A stretch of 64,000 nucleotides of DNA from Trypanosoma brucei (lineage: Eukaryota): positions 1,408,001 through 1,472,000 of the forward strand of contig CP000066.1 of NCBI GenBank assembly GCA_000002445.1. The letters run 5' to 3'. Below the pieces are notes generated by a model. That model did no database searches, was not told the origin of the DNA, and saw only the letters and a program-made list of their open reading frames with translations. Below, one piece after another: positions 1-10,841 of the stretch. A program made the position numbers and the translations under genes. Each line of letters opens with the position of its first letter. The stretch's first letter is position 1.

Positions 1-123
1 GCCTTTTTGTTTAGGTGCCCCAGTAGAAGCACATTAGGCGCTGCACGACGCATTTGGGGTGTTTAGGAGAGCATTTGTTACAGTGACGTCTTTGGAAGTG
101 ACAGAACACTCGAGTGCTCATCT

Positions 124-3100
124 ATGGGAATACAAGGTGATTTGGCTCTTGCGGTAGAGGGAGCGCGTAATGGTACCGCTTCTTTTGACGACAGCCTTCG
201 GGCAACTACGGATGAGCGTGGCTCATGTAGTATTGAAGCAGATAGGCTGCTATTTGTAAATACAGCGCTCCGTGCTATTCCTGGTCGGACGCTCTGCACC
301 TTCTTCGCCCCTATCATGGGTGTCAAGCGCAATCTCCTCAATCGGAGACGACTCACGGAGCAACACATGTTATCTGACCCAGTGAAAGCGGAGAGGTTGT
401 ACAAGGACGCTATTCGTATTCTTACTAAGACTCTTGTAGACGCATCGGCAGAGGTATTTGACTCGGCGGCGCCGATCGACGAGAAGGAGCTGGCTGCCGC
501 CTTGAGGGGAAAATTGGTCCCGCAGTGTTACGAACCAGGAGCAGTTCTCGCGTATCCCGGGGAATTCCCCGAGGTTATGTTTGTGCATGTTGTGTTGAGT
601 GGAAGCGTGCAGGTTGTGCACTATCAGCTGCAGAGCCGGAGAATGGGCTTCTCTGAGGGTAGTAGAAGGCAATATTTTGTGTCTAATGAAGTACTGAGGT
701 TGAGTGGGGCCCTGGGACTTCAACCGGAACTTTTCAAATTGATCAACGCGGCACCGGAGCCGCTCAGTGACGGTGCGAGTGATATGGCTTCTCTTTCCAA
801 CGTTTCGACCACTGCTACCCGCACAATGCGGCGCGTCTCGCGTATGATGGGACAACCCACACTCCAAGCAATTCGAACGGAGTTGAACCGGGCCCCATAT
901 GTTCTTAGTGCACAGGAAGCACTTGGATTTGAGCCTTTTCGGCTCACCACAGTTACCGCTGAGGCAACGGGTCCATCTGGAAGGGGGGGCGAGTCGTCCC
1001 CGGATTCACGCATAATTCAGACAATGAGGATCCGTGCGAGGGACCTCCACAAAGCTCTTGTCCAGATGGCACTTTCTCATGCGGGAAAGCAGCGAACTGC
1101 CACATCACCAACGGCATCGAGTCGGCACACCTCTGCATTGATGGAATGCATTTCTGTGGCTCGAGTGAAATGTATATGCCGTCATTACCCACTTAACGAG
1201 ATTCTCATGCGTCAGAGCTGGTTGTTGCAGGACACTCCAGCCTACACAATAAGGGCTCTGGTGACGCAGCTAGCCCCTCGTTCGTACTTTCCAGGGGAGG
1301 TCATTCTTTGTCCCCACTCAACAAACAGACACCTGAGCTTCTTGCGGCGTGGCATAATGACTATTGAAGAGGTGCCGCCACCGGACCCTTCTAGGCCTAA
1401 TGCATGCCAATGCGGTTCTCTTTCTGGAGGGAATGTTCTGCAGGAGGTTCCTCAGGGTGCGTCGTTTGGCGAGTTGTCGGTGCTGTTCGGCGAACCTAGA
1501 CAGTTTGTGCTTCGTGCAAAGACACCGTGTGATGTTTGGTCCCTCTCACGACAGAGTTTTGCGGCAACTATCAGGCGTGATGATGCCCTCCGGGCAAGTC
1601 TGCTTTCGAAAGCCGCTGCCCTCCGTATGCGGTGGTTGGGAGAACAGCGGTACACTACGGTACTGGCGGACAAACTACGCGAATGTTGCGAACTCTTCCG
1701 CCACGCATCCGATAGTTTTATCCGTCTCATACAAGAGCGAGTGGAGCCTGTTGTGTATCCACCGGGGAGATTGCTAACGTCAACCTCTGCGCGCTGCATG
1801 GAGATGCTGATCATTACTCATGGTAAGGTTTCATCAATTGTTGATGGTGTGGCAGAATATGGCCCGGGGAGTGTCATTGGGGAACCAACTATAATCCTGC
1901 ACCGCTGGCCCCTTGGACTCGTCTCGAAGTCCATGGTGGAAGGATGGAAACTTACCCGACATCAGTTGCGGGATGCACTTGAGCGTGTGGAGGTGCTGCG
2001 TCAGCACTCTGGTGAGGTTGCAGGTCACGTCCAACAGCTCATGCAGAGTATATTTGCTCCCCCCGTCCCTCCATGCGGCGTGGATGCCGTTGGGCGGTCG
2101 CGGATGCCCTTGGTGGGACCACCTCCTTATGGGAACACATATTTCGAATACGCGGAATGGCTCGCAGAGGGTCAACTGAAGGCTCTTTGCTTTAAGCATC
2201 GCGAATACGTAAACTGGAAGGACATTTCTTACTCTACACTGTCTGGACAAGGTAAGAAGAAGCGGGGCAAAGTTTTTAAACTTTCAGAGACGTTTGACGT
2301 TCCTACGGTTGGTGATCACCGTAGCTCGCTTCCGGCATTAAGGCCCGTGACTAAACCACATGCACCGAAGCATAAGAGGAAGGAGCAGCCACGCAAAATT
2401 CGCTTTGCTTCCGCAGGGAGCACTTTTCCGTTTCACATTAATCCTGTTATTGGAAGGCAGCTTGTTGCACACCCGAATTCTGCAAAGCAACCTGTAGCCG
2501 TCCCCTTCGAAGCCGATCCATTCTTGGCGAAGCAGCGAGCCCTGACATCCGCCTTTGTGGAGAAAACTTTTAATGGTCCTCTGCCTCAGCTGCAGCAGAT
2601 GACAAATCTTCTAGAGAATCGTGACAAGTTGATGAAGGTGGAAGCGAAGCAGCACAAGCTAAATGACTCTAAGCAGGAGCGTATGAATGTAATTGACTTA
2701 ACTGAGTCAGGTGGACTCGCGCCCGTTCACATCTTTCTGCACGGGAGCAATCCCCGCGTGCACATTACAGTGGAAGAAGCGGTGGCCGTGGGGTACGTAC
2801 TACAGTTCCCGGACACCAAACGCATTCAATCGTGCGTCTCAAACATCGATTCGGACGTGACGCTTGGATTGCCGCAGCACCGGCAACGCCGGAGAGATAT
2901 GGCGTTTATTCCAAATGATCGACATCCTCGTTACTGTTTTCTCTTTGCCGCCTCTCAGCTCGGAGAGAGGAGTGCGGAAGAAGTTCTGCTTTACGAGGCC
3001 GCTGTACAGGAGGCGGAGAGCAAAGAACGAGCGCAGCATCTCACTGCACTTTTGGTGGCGCAGCTGCCAGAGAAGCACCGACCGTCAGCGGAGCAACATG

Positions 3101-4365
3101 CTGTAATTCCCGACGCAGAAAATACCGCAACGGGGGAGTGGAGGGGGGTTTCGATGCCTGTCACCTCTCTGAATCCTACCGTACCGGGAAATGCGGTCTC
3201 ATCGCGCCGAAGGTCTTCCTCGCCTCAAGTGAAAGATGCAACTGGTGAAACATTCCTACAGCATCTCCGCGACAGCCCCGAGCAGGCAATGAGTAAGATG
3301 CGCATGAAGTTTCAAGTTTCCGCTAATGCCGTTGAAGAAGTTGATGGAAGCAAAATTATTGCCACTCGGGCGAGCGGTGATGTCACGCCCCTGGCCGTTA
3401 GTGGCGCTGAGGGTTCCGACCAAAAGTTTGACCTGCTCGACCGTCTGCGCAGTGCGACAGCGCCAGTAGAGGGCATCAACGAGGGCGGTGCCGGCGAACT
3501 CCCTCCGCGAAGACCCAATGCGGATCCTGATGAGAAATCAGATAGTGGAACACACAGTGAAGGTGAACACACTATGGAGAAGTTCTTTAAGAAGGAAGAA
3601 ACCCCAGTCTTTGTTGACGGTTATGGGGAGCTCAGTACGGTACAAAGCAAATCCACTGTCGAGGTTGCAGCTACTCAACCCACAGTTCCTCCAACCGCGC
3701 GCGGGGAACCGAGTGAGAATTGGTTCACGGATTCACCACCAATACCTGGCGCCAGCAACACTACATGCGCATGGATGCCGCAGAACTTCACCATGCCTAC
3801 TGTTAGTGAGGCAACGGCGACTATGCGTCTGATCCAAAGTGATGTGGACGGCCTCAATGCCGTTGCGCAGGAGCAAAGGCGCGAGCGCTTGCAGCGGCGC
3901 AATATTCCCGGTGCTGGTGTCTTCGATCCTACCGCTTCTAATGTGACATCTCTTGAGTCACAGCGGTTGGTGGACGAGTGGGTTGCTGAATATCGTGGGC
4001 ACTCACGTGACCCTATGTGTCCTGCCCAGATTCCGCCACTACTGCTCGCAGAGGCTGGCACTGATTATCTTGCTGAAGAGTTCCGTCACACTCGGCGCCA
4101 ACATGTGGTTGCTGTGAAGGAAGCGCAGGGTGTTGAAATATGGCGTGGTGAGGTGGATGCACGTGCGCGTCGGGAAGGGAAGAATCGCCAGGATTCCAAT
4201 TCCCCCGGCGGCGGCAAAAGTGTTTTGGCAGTTATAGGAGGTACTAAACTTGGGTTTCCCGCGAAGCCGCTACGCAATCCAACAGCAAATATGAGCGCGG
4301 AGGAGTACGAGCGGTGGGTCAGTGAGCGCGACGCACTGTTTGCTTCAGCTGATGGTCGCCAATAA
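124..4365 (+). CDS. Large hypothetical protein with tandem cyclic-nucleotide-binding-like (cNMP/CAP-family) domains
   Basis: ATG-initiated 1413-codon ORF, by far the longest in the window. The segments 'FGELSVLFGEPRQFVLRAKTPCDVWSLSRQSF' and 'GSVIGEPTIILHRWPLGLVSKSMVEGWKLTRHQL' match the G-E-L / PR-A-A hallmark of cNMP-binding beta barrels, each preceded by a Y-x-PGE element. The C-terminal ~700 aa are low complexity with no recognisable domain. Confidence 0.7.
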   Translation: MGIQGDLALAVEGARNGTASFDDSLRATTDERGSCSIEADRLLFVNTALRAIPGRTLCTFFAPIMGVKRNLLNRRRLTEQHMLSDPVKAERLYKDAIRILTKTLVDASAEVFDSAAPIDEKELAAALRGKLVPQCYEPGAVLAYPGEFPEVMFVHVVLSGSVQVVHYQLQSRRMGFSEGSRRQYFVSNEVLRLSGALGLQPELFKLINAAPEPLSDGASDMASLSNVSTTATRTMRRVSRMMGQPTLQAIRTELNRAPYVLSAQEALGFEPFRLTTVTAEATGPSGRGGESSPDSRIIQTMRIRARDLHKALVQMALSHAGKQRTATSPTASSRHTSALMECISVARVKCICRHYPLNEILMRQSWLLQDTPAYTIRALVTQLAPRSYFPGEVILCPHSTNRHLSFLRRGIMTIEEVPPPDPSRPNACQCGSLSGGNVLQEVPQGASFGELSVLFGEPRQFVLRAKTPCDVWSLSRQSFAATIRRDDALRASLLSKAAALRMRWLGEQRYTTVLADKLRECCELFRHASDSFIRLIQERVEPVVYPPGRLLTSTSARCMEMLIITHGKVSSIVDGVAEYGPGSVIGEPTIILHRWPLGLVSKSMVEGWKLTRHQLRDALERVEVLRQHSGEVAGHVQQLMQSIFAPPVPPCGVDAVGRSRMPLVGPPPYGNTYFEYAEWLAEGQLKALCFKHREYVNWKDISYSTLSGQGKKKRGKVFKLSETFDVPTVGDHRSSLPALRPVTKPHAPKHKRKEQPRKIRFASAGSTFPFHINPVIGRQLVAHPNSAKQPVAVPFEADPFLAKQRALTSAFVEKTFNGPLPQLQQMTNLLENRDKLMKVEAKQHKLNDSKQERMNVIDLTESGGLAPVHIFLHGSNPRVHITVEEAVAVGYVLQFPDTKRIQSCVSNIDSDVTLGLPQHRQRRRDMAFIPNDRHPRYCFLFAASQLGERSAEEVLLYEAAVQEAESKERAQHLTALLVAQLPEKHRPSAEQHAVIPDAENTATGEWRGVSMPVTSLNPTVPGNAVSSRRRSSSPQVKDATGETFLQHLRDSPEQAMSKMRMKFQVSANAVEEVDGSKIIATRASGDVTPLAVSGAEGSDQKFDLLDRLRSATAPVEGINEGGAGELPPRRPNADPDEKSDSGTHSEGEHTMEKFFKKEETPVFVDGYGELSTVQSKSTVEVAATQPTVPPTARGEPSENWFTDSPPIPGASNTTCAWMPQNFTMPTVSEATATMRLIQSDVDGLNAVAQEQRRERLQRRNIPGAGVFDPTASNVTSLESQRLVDEWVAEYRGHSRDPMCPAQIPPLLLAEAGTDYLAEEFRHTRRQHVVAVKEAQGVEIWRGEVDARARREGKNRQDSNSPGGGKSVLAVIGGTKLGFPAKPLRNPTANMSAEEYERWVSERDALFASADGRQ

Positions 4366-4852
4366 ACGTGCGGGGAGAGGGGCTTCGAGAACGGGGAAGT
4401 GTACGGCTAAATAAATATGTATCATCGGTTGTTTTTTCCCTTTTCTCCTTTTGTTCCCGTGAGTTTGTTTTTATTTTAGTTTTATGTTAGAAGGGTTCAC
4501 GATCAGTGGGGTTTCCGTGTTTCATTTCTTCTTTTCTCCGCGAAGAGTTAGATTAGAATTATCCCTTTATTTTTTTTTCGACCGCCCCCTTTTTCTTGTT
4601 CCTCTGCTACGTGCTTTTCTATTTCATTGTAGGAACGACGTCTGGCGGTAAGCCGAGTATGTATATGTTTCTGTTGGGGAGGCGGGGTTCAACATGAAGC
4701 AAAGAGACCCGCACTTCGATGTACTGCCAATAACCGCAACAGCGCACACAACCAAAGCACGTATTCACTGCCCTATTTATTGACTAATGTTTGCTGACTT
4801 CCTTCCTTCTATTGTTCGCGGCATGCCTTCGTTTATCATTTTGAACAATCGA

Positions 4853-4930
4853 AAAGTTATTTTTACCGTTTTTCTTCCCTTCACTTTTTTGTTCGTTCAT
4901 TCATCCAATCATTTGTATTACTTACTAAGC
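4853..4930 (+). promoter_or_regulatory. Polypyrimidine tract + AG: probable spliced-leader trans-splice acceptor region for Ku70
   Basis: 'tttttaccgtttttcttcccttcacttttttgttcgttcattcatcc' is followed by AG dinucleotides 30-60 nt upstream of ATG 4962. This follows the general kinetoplastid rule for polyY-directed trans-splicing. Confidence 0.4.
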
Positions 4931-4961
4931 TTGTGAAGGAGGGGTGCGCCGGGTTGGACCC

Positions 4962-7199
4962 ATGGCGCACTATGATGAGTGGCTCATGTCAGTTGACGGG
5001 CTCGATTTCCACGACGAGGATGACAGCTATTTTAATGAAACTTATGCAACGGAGGATGAGCCTTCTCTCCGGACGGGTAGTGTCTCTTCTCTAGACCAGT
5101 TCGATGTGGTGCTGTGCCTCGTCGACTTTCAACAACGCATGTTCCAAGGTGTTGTTGCGCATGATTGCAAGAACCCATTTGCCGGTGGAGCAGAACAGGT
5201 ATACGACGATATCGCCGAGGTGAAAGTGAAAGAAACCCCCACAGTGTTCGAAAAGGCAATCTGCTGCGTTCAGCAACTGTACAAGGACAAGGGGATATCT
5301 GACAGCAACGATATGGTTGCGTTGGTGCTGTACAATACAAGGGAATGCACACATCCTGATTACCCTGGTGTATACGTCTTTCATACTTTTTGCTCAGCGG
5401 AAATACAATCTGTACTGGATTTGGAGGAACTTGTAGCTGCGGGGAGGGTACCGTCAGCGGGATATGAAAATATTGTGACGAAGATTGGCCATTCAACTGA
5501 AGCCAAGTCTCATCTCGGGGATGCGCTGCGGGCAGCCCGGCATTTGTTTTCCCAGCTGCCTTCCGAGGTCAAACATCGTCGAATTTTTCTCTTCACAAAC
5601 GACGTGAACCCACATCGCGGTGACGAGGAGCTTTTGCAGAAATGTGCTATCCAAATCGAGAGCTTGTCCTCTGGGGGAGTGGGCTTGGTGTGCTATGATA
5701 TGAGCCCCACTGCCCTTCCGTCACCGGCGGCTTCAACGCAATCGGGAGAAGCGGCTGCAATGAGTGAGCGTTGGGCAACACAGTTCGGCGGTGTGGACGA
5801 GTTTTGGAGTGCTCTTACGGGTGCGGTACCGAAGGCAACAAACAGTTCACGGGTTGGCACTATTGATATTGTTCACCTGAATAGCGACGATAGCGTTATG
5901 CTCGGAGCGCTCTCAACGGCAGTCCGCTGGCGCACACACCCACGGGGAGCCTCTCAAACGACAACACTAACTATTGGTGTAGGCGCAAAGGGCTCGGCAC
6001 TACCAAGACTGACAGTGGGTATGTATTTCCCGATGACAAATGCGCAGCGCCGATTATCGAAGTGGTTGGATGGACGCGCAGGTGAAATGGTAATGCTTCG
6101 GCAGCGTGCGGTGGGAGTGGGGGCCCCTATTTTGCTGCCTTGCCACGCGGGGAAGAGTGGTGCGCCACCTGCACATATCAGTACGGGGCAGTTGGGCAAG
6201 TCACGTCCAAGCACGGGACCGGGGACGTGCCCAAACGTTCCTCTAAGTTGTAAAAAGCATATCGCCGAGGTCGTTGGGGCGGGATTAACTCTCGGCTTTT
6301 CCATCATATGCTTCAAAAACGCTGATGACGTTCTGCACCCTCAGTACGTCCTGGGGAAGTCGTGCGTCCTCCACCCAGATCCGCAAGACGGTAGCGATGG
6401 CTCGCTTCGACTTTTCATTCGGTTGGCTCGAGCGCTGAAGGAGCAGCGGAAGGTTGCGATGGCGCAGCACATTACGCGCTACGCCACTCCTCCTCGTCTT
6501 GTCGCACTTGTGCCGCCCGGGCTCAACGGTGATCATATGGACACGGCTAGTTTCCCTGTGATGCACGGTCTTGGTTTGTACGTCGTGCCTCTCTCGTATG
6601 CTGACGACGTTCGTACCACCCCTCGATCCCCTCTCTTCGGCGATGCAACGAAACCTATGGAACGTGATATTGCTCTTGCACAGCGACTGCTGGCCACGCT
6701 GCCGTCTAAGTACAATGTGAACGTAGTTCCCAACCCTGCTTTGGAGCTACGCTATAAAGCTATTGAGAGTATTGTGCAACAGACACAGCAGCAGAGTGGG
6801 TTGTCAAAGGAAATTCCAGGGGTAGCTCCGTTCTCGCAACTGTCAAAGGCAGTTGATCGGACGTGGGGTGATCGTGGGGCTATGGCAAAATACGGCTCTG
6901 TGTTTGATGAGTTTAAGGCGGTATTGCTCCCTTCGTACAACCGAGACGAAACGTGTGGTCCTAAGACGAAAGCGGCGCGGAATGTGAAGGCGCGAGCAGA
7001 GTTGGCTGACGAGGACATCAAAGGTGTTGAAAGAATAATATCTGCCGTCGAGTCGGCGTTTCGGTTCCAGTCTATGGGGATGCTGACTGAACCGCAGTTG
7101 AAGGAGTATTTGCGCGTGATGGAGGGCGGTGCCTTTGGAGTCCGGAGAAATCCGGATATCATTCAAGCTGTGATATCTCAATTGCAAGGCGACATTTAG
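4962..7199 (+). CDS. KU70: Ku70 (ATP-dependent DNA helicase II 70 kDa subunit homologue)
   Basis: The track ORF starts at GTG 4944; the first ATG is 4962 (MAHYDEW...). 'RIFLFTNDVNPHRGDEEL' aligns with human Ku70 'RIMLFTNEDNPHGNDSAK', and 'PPRLVALVPPGLNGDHMDTASFPVMHGLGLYVVPLSYADDVR' aligns with 'PPYFVALVPQEE...PPGFQLVFLPFADDKR'. The C-terminal 'LTEPQLKEYLRVMEGGAFGVRRNPDIIQAVISQL' is SAP-like. An upstream polypyrimidine tract (4853-4899) and AG are present. Confidence 0.85.
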   Translation: MAHYDEWLMSVDGLDFHDEDDSYFNETYATEDEPSLRTGSVSSLDQFDVVLCLVDFQQRMFQGVVAHDCKNPFAGGAEQVYDDIAEVKVKETPTVFEKAICCVQQLYKDKGISDSNDMVALVLYNTRECTHPDYPGVYVFHTFCSAEIQSVLDLEELVAAGRVPSAGYENIVTKIGHSTEAKSHLGDALRAARHLFSQLPSEVKHRRIFLFTNDVNPHRGDEELLQKCAIQIESLSSGGVGLVCYDMSPTALPSPAASTQSGEAAAMSERWATQFGGVDEFWSALTGAVPKATNSSRVGTIDIVHLNSDDSVMLGALSTAVRWRTHPRGASQTTTLTIGVGAKGSALPRLTVGMYFPMTNAQRRLSKWLDGRAGEMVMLRQRAVGVGAPILLPCHAGKSGAPPAHISTGQLGKSRPSTGPGTCPNVPLSCKKHIAEVVGAGLTLGFSIICFKNADDVLHPQYVLGKSCVLHPDPQDGSDGSLRLFIRLARALKEQRKVAMAQHITRYATPPRLVALVPPGLNGDHMDTASFPVMHGLGLYVVPLSYADDVRTTPRSPLFGDATKPMERDIALAQRLLATLPSKYNVNVVPNPALELRYKAIESIVQQTQQQSGLSKEIPGVAPFSQLSKAVDRTWGDRGAMAKYGSVFDEFKAVLLPSYNRDETCGPKTKAARNVKARAELADEDIKGVERIISAVESAFRFQSMGMLTEPQLKEYLRVMEGGAFGVRRNPDIIQAVISQLQGDI

Positions 7200-7778
7200 G
7201 TGTGGTGGGGCTTCACCTTTTTTCTCGTTTGCCTATATTTTCGCTTTGGTTTCCTCCTCGGTTGCGCTCTTCCGCCGTCGCTCGGCGGGGAAGGGGGCGT
7301 ATATAACCATTGCGAGTGCGCGTTGGCAACGGGGTTGGAGGTCTCTTTATGACACTGTGCGGGGATTCTTCGCTGAGGAAGATACCAAAGAGATAAGAAG
7401 GAAAACAAAACAAATACGAGTTAAACATTGTACTAACAATGTGCAGTTCTGATGTTGCATGTGTCCATTCCATGGACTCACTACGACATTACCCCTTCTT
7501 CCTTTCTCCCTTTTTACCAGAATATTTAAGGGATTATTATTAAGGTTTGTGCTGTTTGGCTCGGTTGAGGGTGCGGTGTCAGTGCGACGTTTGCCGCCAC
7601 CTCTTGTTTTATGTGCAGGAGCGCCAGCGAAAGGAGAGTGGTAGTTGGTGTCAAGTGACGGCACAAAGGAAATAAAGTAGAGAATCCCACTGCAAGGGGG
7701 TTGTTGCGGATATACATAAAAATAACTAAGGTAGCATTTATTTTCCACGGCAAGGTTTCTGTTACATTAGGTAAAGCA

Positions 7779-9473
7779 ATGACACAACCTGCCCACCTTC
7801 CACCTCGCCCGAGTCACACGTTTAGCATGCGTACAGTTGAGAAGTTACACCAGCGTTTTCTTGGGAGAAGCGGTACAACTGCACCAGCGCAAAATATGTC
7901 GAACATTGTTGAGGCCATGCGCCAAAACCTTTTGCGCATTGAAGGTGTTCTTAGTTATCGCTTGGATCACCCCAGCACGGCACTGACCGACACGAGCGAG
8001 CACCACCCTCCAATGTCGGCATTTGAGCGCATTCGCGTTGGTCATATTCTAGCAGATATTGTGCTCGACCTTTTCACTATCTCAACTTCCAGCAGCAACG
8101 CGACGTATGACGCCTTGGTTGGGAATAAAGGTGCTTTCGCCGGCTCGATGAGTCAAAGCTGCGGGGTTGCTTCACTTCCCTGCGGTGGCCTGCCCCTGAT
8201 GCAACGGACACGGCCAGGAGTTTGGACGCCGGAGGGTTTGGATGGGGTTGAGGGACGTTTGACGCCTCCTGAGGGTGTGAACGCAAGTCTGATTCCCCTA
8301 CATACGAAGGCAGAAGTGGGTCATCAGTCGTCTTATCAACCCTTTGTGGATGGGTTGAAGAAAGGGGGAGGAGATGAGGTGCTCACAACGCTTTTGCAGA
8401 CCCAACAAAACCATCAGCAGAAACGTGGGCTACAGGATGGTGTGGAGAGCGATGGCTGTAGTACTGTCTTTTCTCATTCTGGTCAGAGGTCGACCATGAA
8501 CACCCCACAGCACCATCAACGCGCCATAAAGGACACGTCTGCTGGTCATGAGGGTCCACCGGCTGGTTATCACCGGCACAGCGCACACGTGCCCGTCTCC
8601 GGGACAGAGAACCAAATGAACCTTAATCCTTCAAGAAGGATGCGACCGCATGAGTCTCCTCTATGTGTGGCAGGGTGCCAAGGAGCTTTAACTCACAATG
8701 AATCACCGATATCACCTACTTCAATGCGCTTCAAGTCAGTACAGTCACTCCATTCCGGTGGGGACAGCACGACGGGGCAATCACAGCACGCTGCCAATCC
8801 TAAGAAATACTATGAAATTGATTTCCAGAGATTAAATGACTTCCAGCGCTGCCTCCGTGTTATTCAGCGACTATCATTAACTGATGACGCATTTGAGAAA
8901 TTCGGCTTACGGTACGCTATCCCTGGGATACGGGAACTGCACCCCGACGAGGTTCACTCAGCGAAGATTCGTATGGACCGGCATAATGATTGCTTGATTG
9001 ATTCGTTTAATCCTTCGGAGTCCCAAGAATCTGCTCAGAAAAGTGATACGCCACAGGAACAATTTCTAGCTCACAAGAGATTGCAAGCGCACGTATCCCC
9101 TTGTCTTTCCAAAGATGGTAATAACGTGATTCTACACACTGTGGCTGATGTTCCGGTTACAGAACACGATACGCCCTTTGACATTCAACAATCCCCTTCC
9201 AAGTCACCACTTGCAACACAGAGATCGGAAAAACAGCTGTGCAACAACCCTACTAGAGAACCCCCAACGCCCTCAGCCCCATGTGACAAACAATGTCTGC
9301 CATTATTTCATGGGGGGAGAGATATCATTGTACAAAAAAAGGATATGAATATTTTCATCGCAATGGTGGATGCAACATTGAGGCAGGTAGATCAAGATAT
9401 TGTTGGACGACTTCATATTGCTAGTGCGGACTTTGGATCGAGCAGTGGTGAAGATGAAGTGGCGTACATGTGA
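7779..9473 (+). CDS. Hypothetical protein (Ser/Pro/Gln-rich, no recognised domain)
   Basis: The track ORF starts at TTG 7701; the first in-frame ATG is 7779 (MTQPAHLPP...). It is a long + strand ORF in the same transcriptional direction as its neighbours, with coding-like codon usage. Confidence 0.55.
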   Translation: MTQPAHLPPRPSHTFSMRTVEKLHQRFLGRSGTTAPAQNMSNIVEAMRQNLLRIEGVLSYRLDHPSTALTDTSEHHPPMSAFERIRVGHILADIVLDLFTISTSSSNATYDALVGNKGAFAGSMSQSCGVASLPCGGLPLMQRTRPGVWTPEGLDGVEGRLTPPEGVNASLIPLHTKAEVGHQSSYQPFVDGLKKGGGDEVLTTLLQTQQNHQQKRGLQDGVESDGCSTVFSHSGQRSTMNTPQHHQRAIKDTSAGHEGPPAGYHRHSAHVPVSGTENQMNLNPSRRMRPHESPLCVAGCQGALTHNESPISPTSMRFKSVQSLHSGGDSTTGQSQHAANPKKYYEIDFQRLNDFQRCLRVIQRLSLTDDAFEKFGLRYAIPGIRELHPDEVHSAKIRMDRHNDCLIDSFNPSESQESAQKSDTPQEQFLAHKRLQAHVSPCLSKDGNNVILHTVADVPVTEHDTPFDIQQSPSKSPLATQRSEKQLCNNPTREPPTPSAPCDKQCLPLFHGGRDIIVQKKDMNIFIAMVDATLRQVDQDIVGRLHIASADFGSSSGEDEVAYM

Positions 9474-9584
9474 TGGGGGTACCACTTGAGTTCCAACATG
9501 ACGGCCGGTGCATGTAACCGCATTGTCACCGACTACAATTCGTGGTGTATGGAGGCTTCATTCACCGTAGTGAGTTTTGTTATT

Positions 9585-9700
9585 TGTCTGACTTTTTAAC
9601 TCTCCTGTTTGTTTTGTTTGTTTGTTTGTTCACATCCAGTACGTGTTTACAATTTCCCTCCTATTTTTCGCTGAACAACTACTGTAGGTCTTTCCTCTCG
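9585..9700 (+). promoter_or_regulatory. Polypyrimidine tract / trans-splice acceptor region upstream of RPL4
   Basis: 'ctcctgtttgttttgtttgtttgtttgttcacatccag...tttccctcctatttttcgctg' is a T-rich run followed by AG before ATG 9717. Confidence 0.4.
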
Positions 9701-9716
9701 CTTTACAAGGCATTCG

Positions 9717-10841
9717 ATGACTGCGCGCCCATCTGTGAGTGTGTACTCTGCGTCGGAGGATAAAGTGGTTGGCACCTGTTCGCTACCCGCTGTGTTCACT
9801 GCGCCCATCCGTCATGATGTTGTGCAGTTTGTGCACACGAACATGGCAAAGAACTCCCGCCAACCTTATGCGGTGAACCGTCTTTCCGGCATGAAGCACT
9901 CCGCGGAGTCTTGGGGTACTGGCCGCGCTGTCGCCCGTATTCCCCGTATTCACGGTGGTGGTACGAGTATGTCGGGTGCTGGTGCATTCGGTAACATGTG
10001 CCGGGGTGGTCGTATGTTCGCACCCACAAAGATCTTCCGCCGCTGGCACCGTAAGATTAATCTGCACCAGAAACGTTTCGCTGTGGTGTCCGCCCTCGCC
10101 GCCTCGTCACTGCCAGCACTTGTAATGTCACGAGGACACAAGATCGAGAATGTCGCTGAGGTGCCGCTCGTGGTGGAAGATGGTGTACGAGCCTATGAAA
10201 AGACTAAAGAGGCAATGACATTCCTTAAGACTGTTGGTGCCATCGACGACGTGAACCGTGTGAATGACTCCCGTCAGATACGTGCTGGCCGTGGTAAGAT
10301 GCGTAACCGTCGCTACGTTGCGCGACGGGGCCCGATGCTGGTGATGCCAGACAACAAGGGCACACGTGCCTTCCGCAACATCTTTGGGCTCGACCTTGCG
10401 AATGTAAACTCACTGAACCTTCTGCACCTTGCACCTGGTGGTCACGTCGGGCGCTTCATCATCTGGACGAAGAGTGCATTCGAGAAGCTGGACAAAATCT
10501 TCGGTACCTTCACAGAACCCTCCACCGTTAAGTCGGGCTTCATGTTGCCCGCACCGATGTTGACGAGTACTGATGTGACGCGCATCATGCAGTCCGAAGA
10601 GGTGCGTCGCGTTCTGAAACCCAAGAAACTGCAACCCAAGAGGCCAAGCCGCTATAGGCAGCCGACGAACGGTATTCGCAACCGTCGCCTGCGCCTGCGT
10701 TTGAACCCGTTCCAGAAGAAGGAGAAGGCAATGGCTAAGGGCATGCAGAACAAGAAGAACCGTGAGGCTCGCCACGCCGCCAAGGTCGTTCGGTTGGCGA
10801 AAGCGAGGAAAAATGTCGCGAAAGCACTCAAGAAGAAGTAA
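9717..10841 (+). CDS. RPL4: 60S ribosomal protein L4 (uL4)
   Basis: ATG start. There is near-colinear identity to eukaryotic RPL4: '[49 protein letters not shown]..RRWHR', 'ALPALVMS.GH.IE.V.E.PLVVED' and 'KMRNRR...RRGP'. The Lys-rich C-terminus is typical. Confidence 0.95.
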   Translation: [374 protein letters not shown]

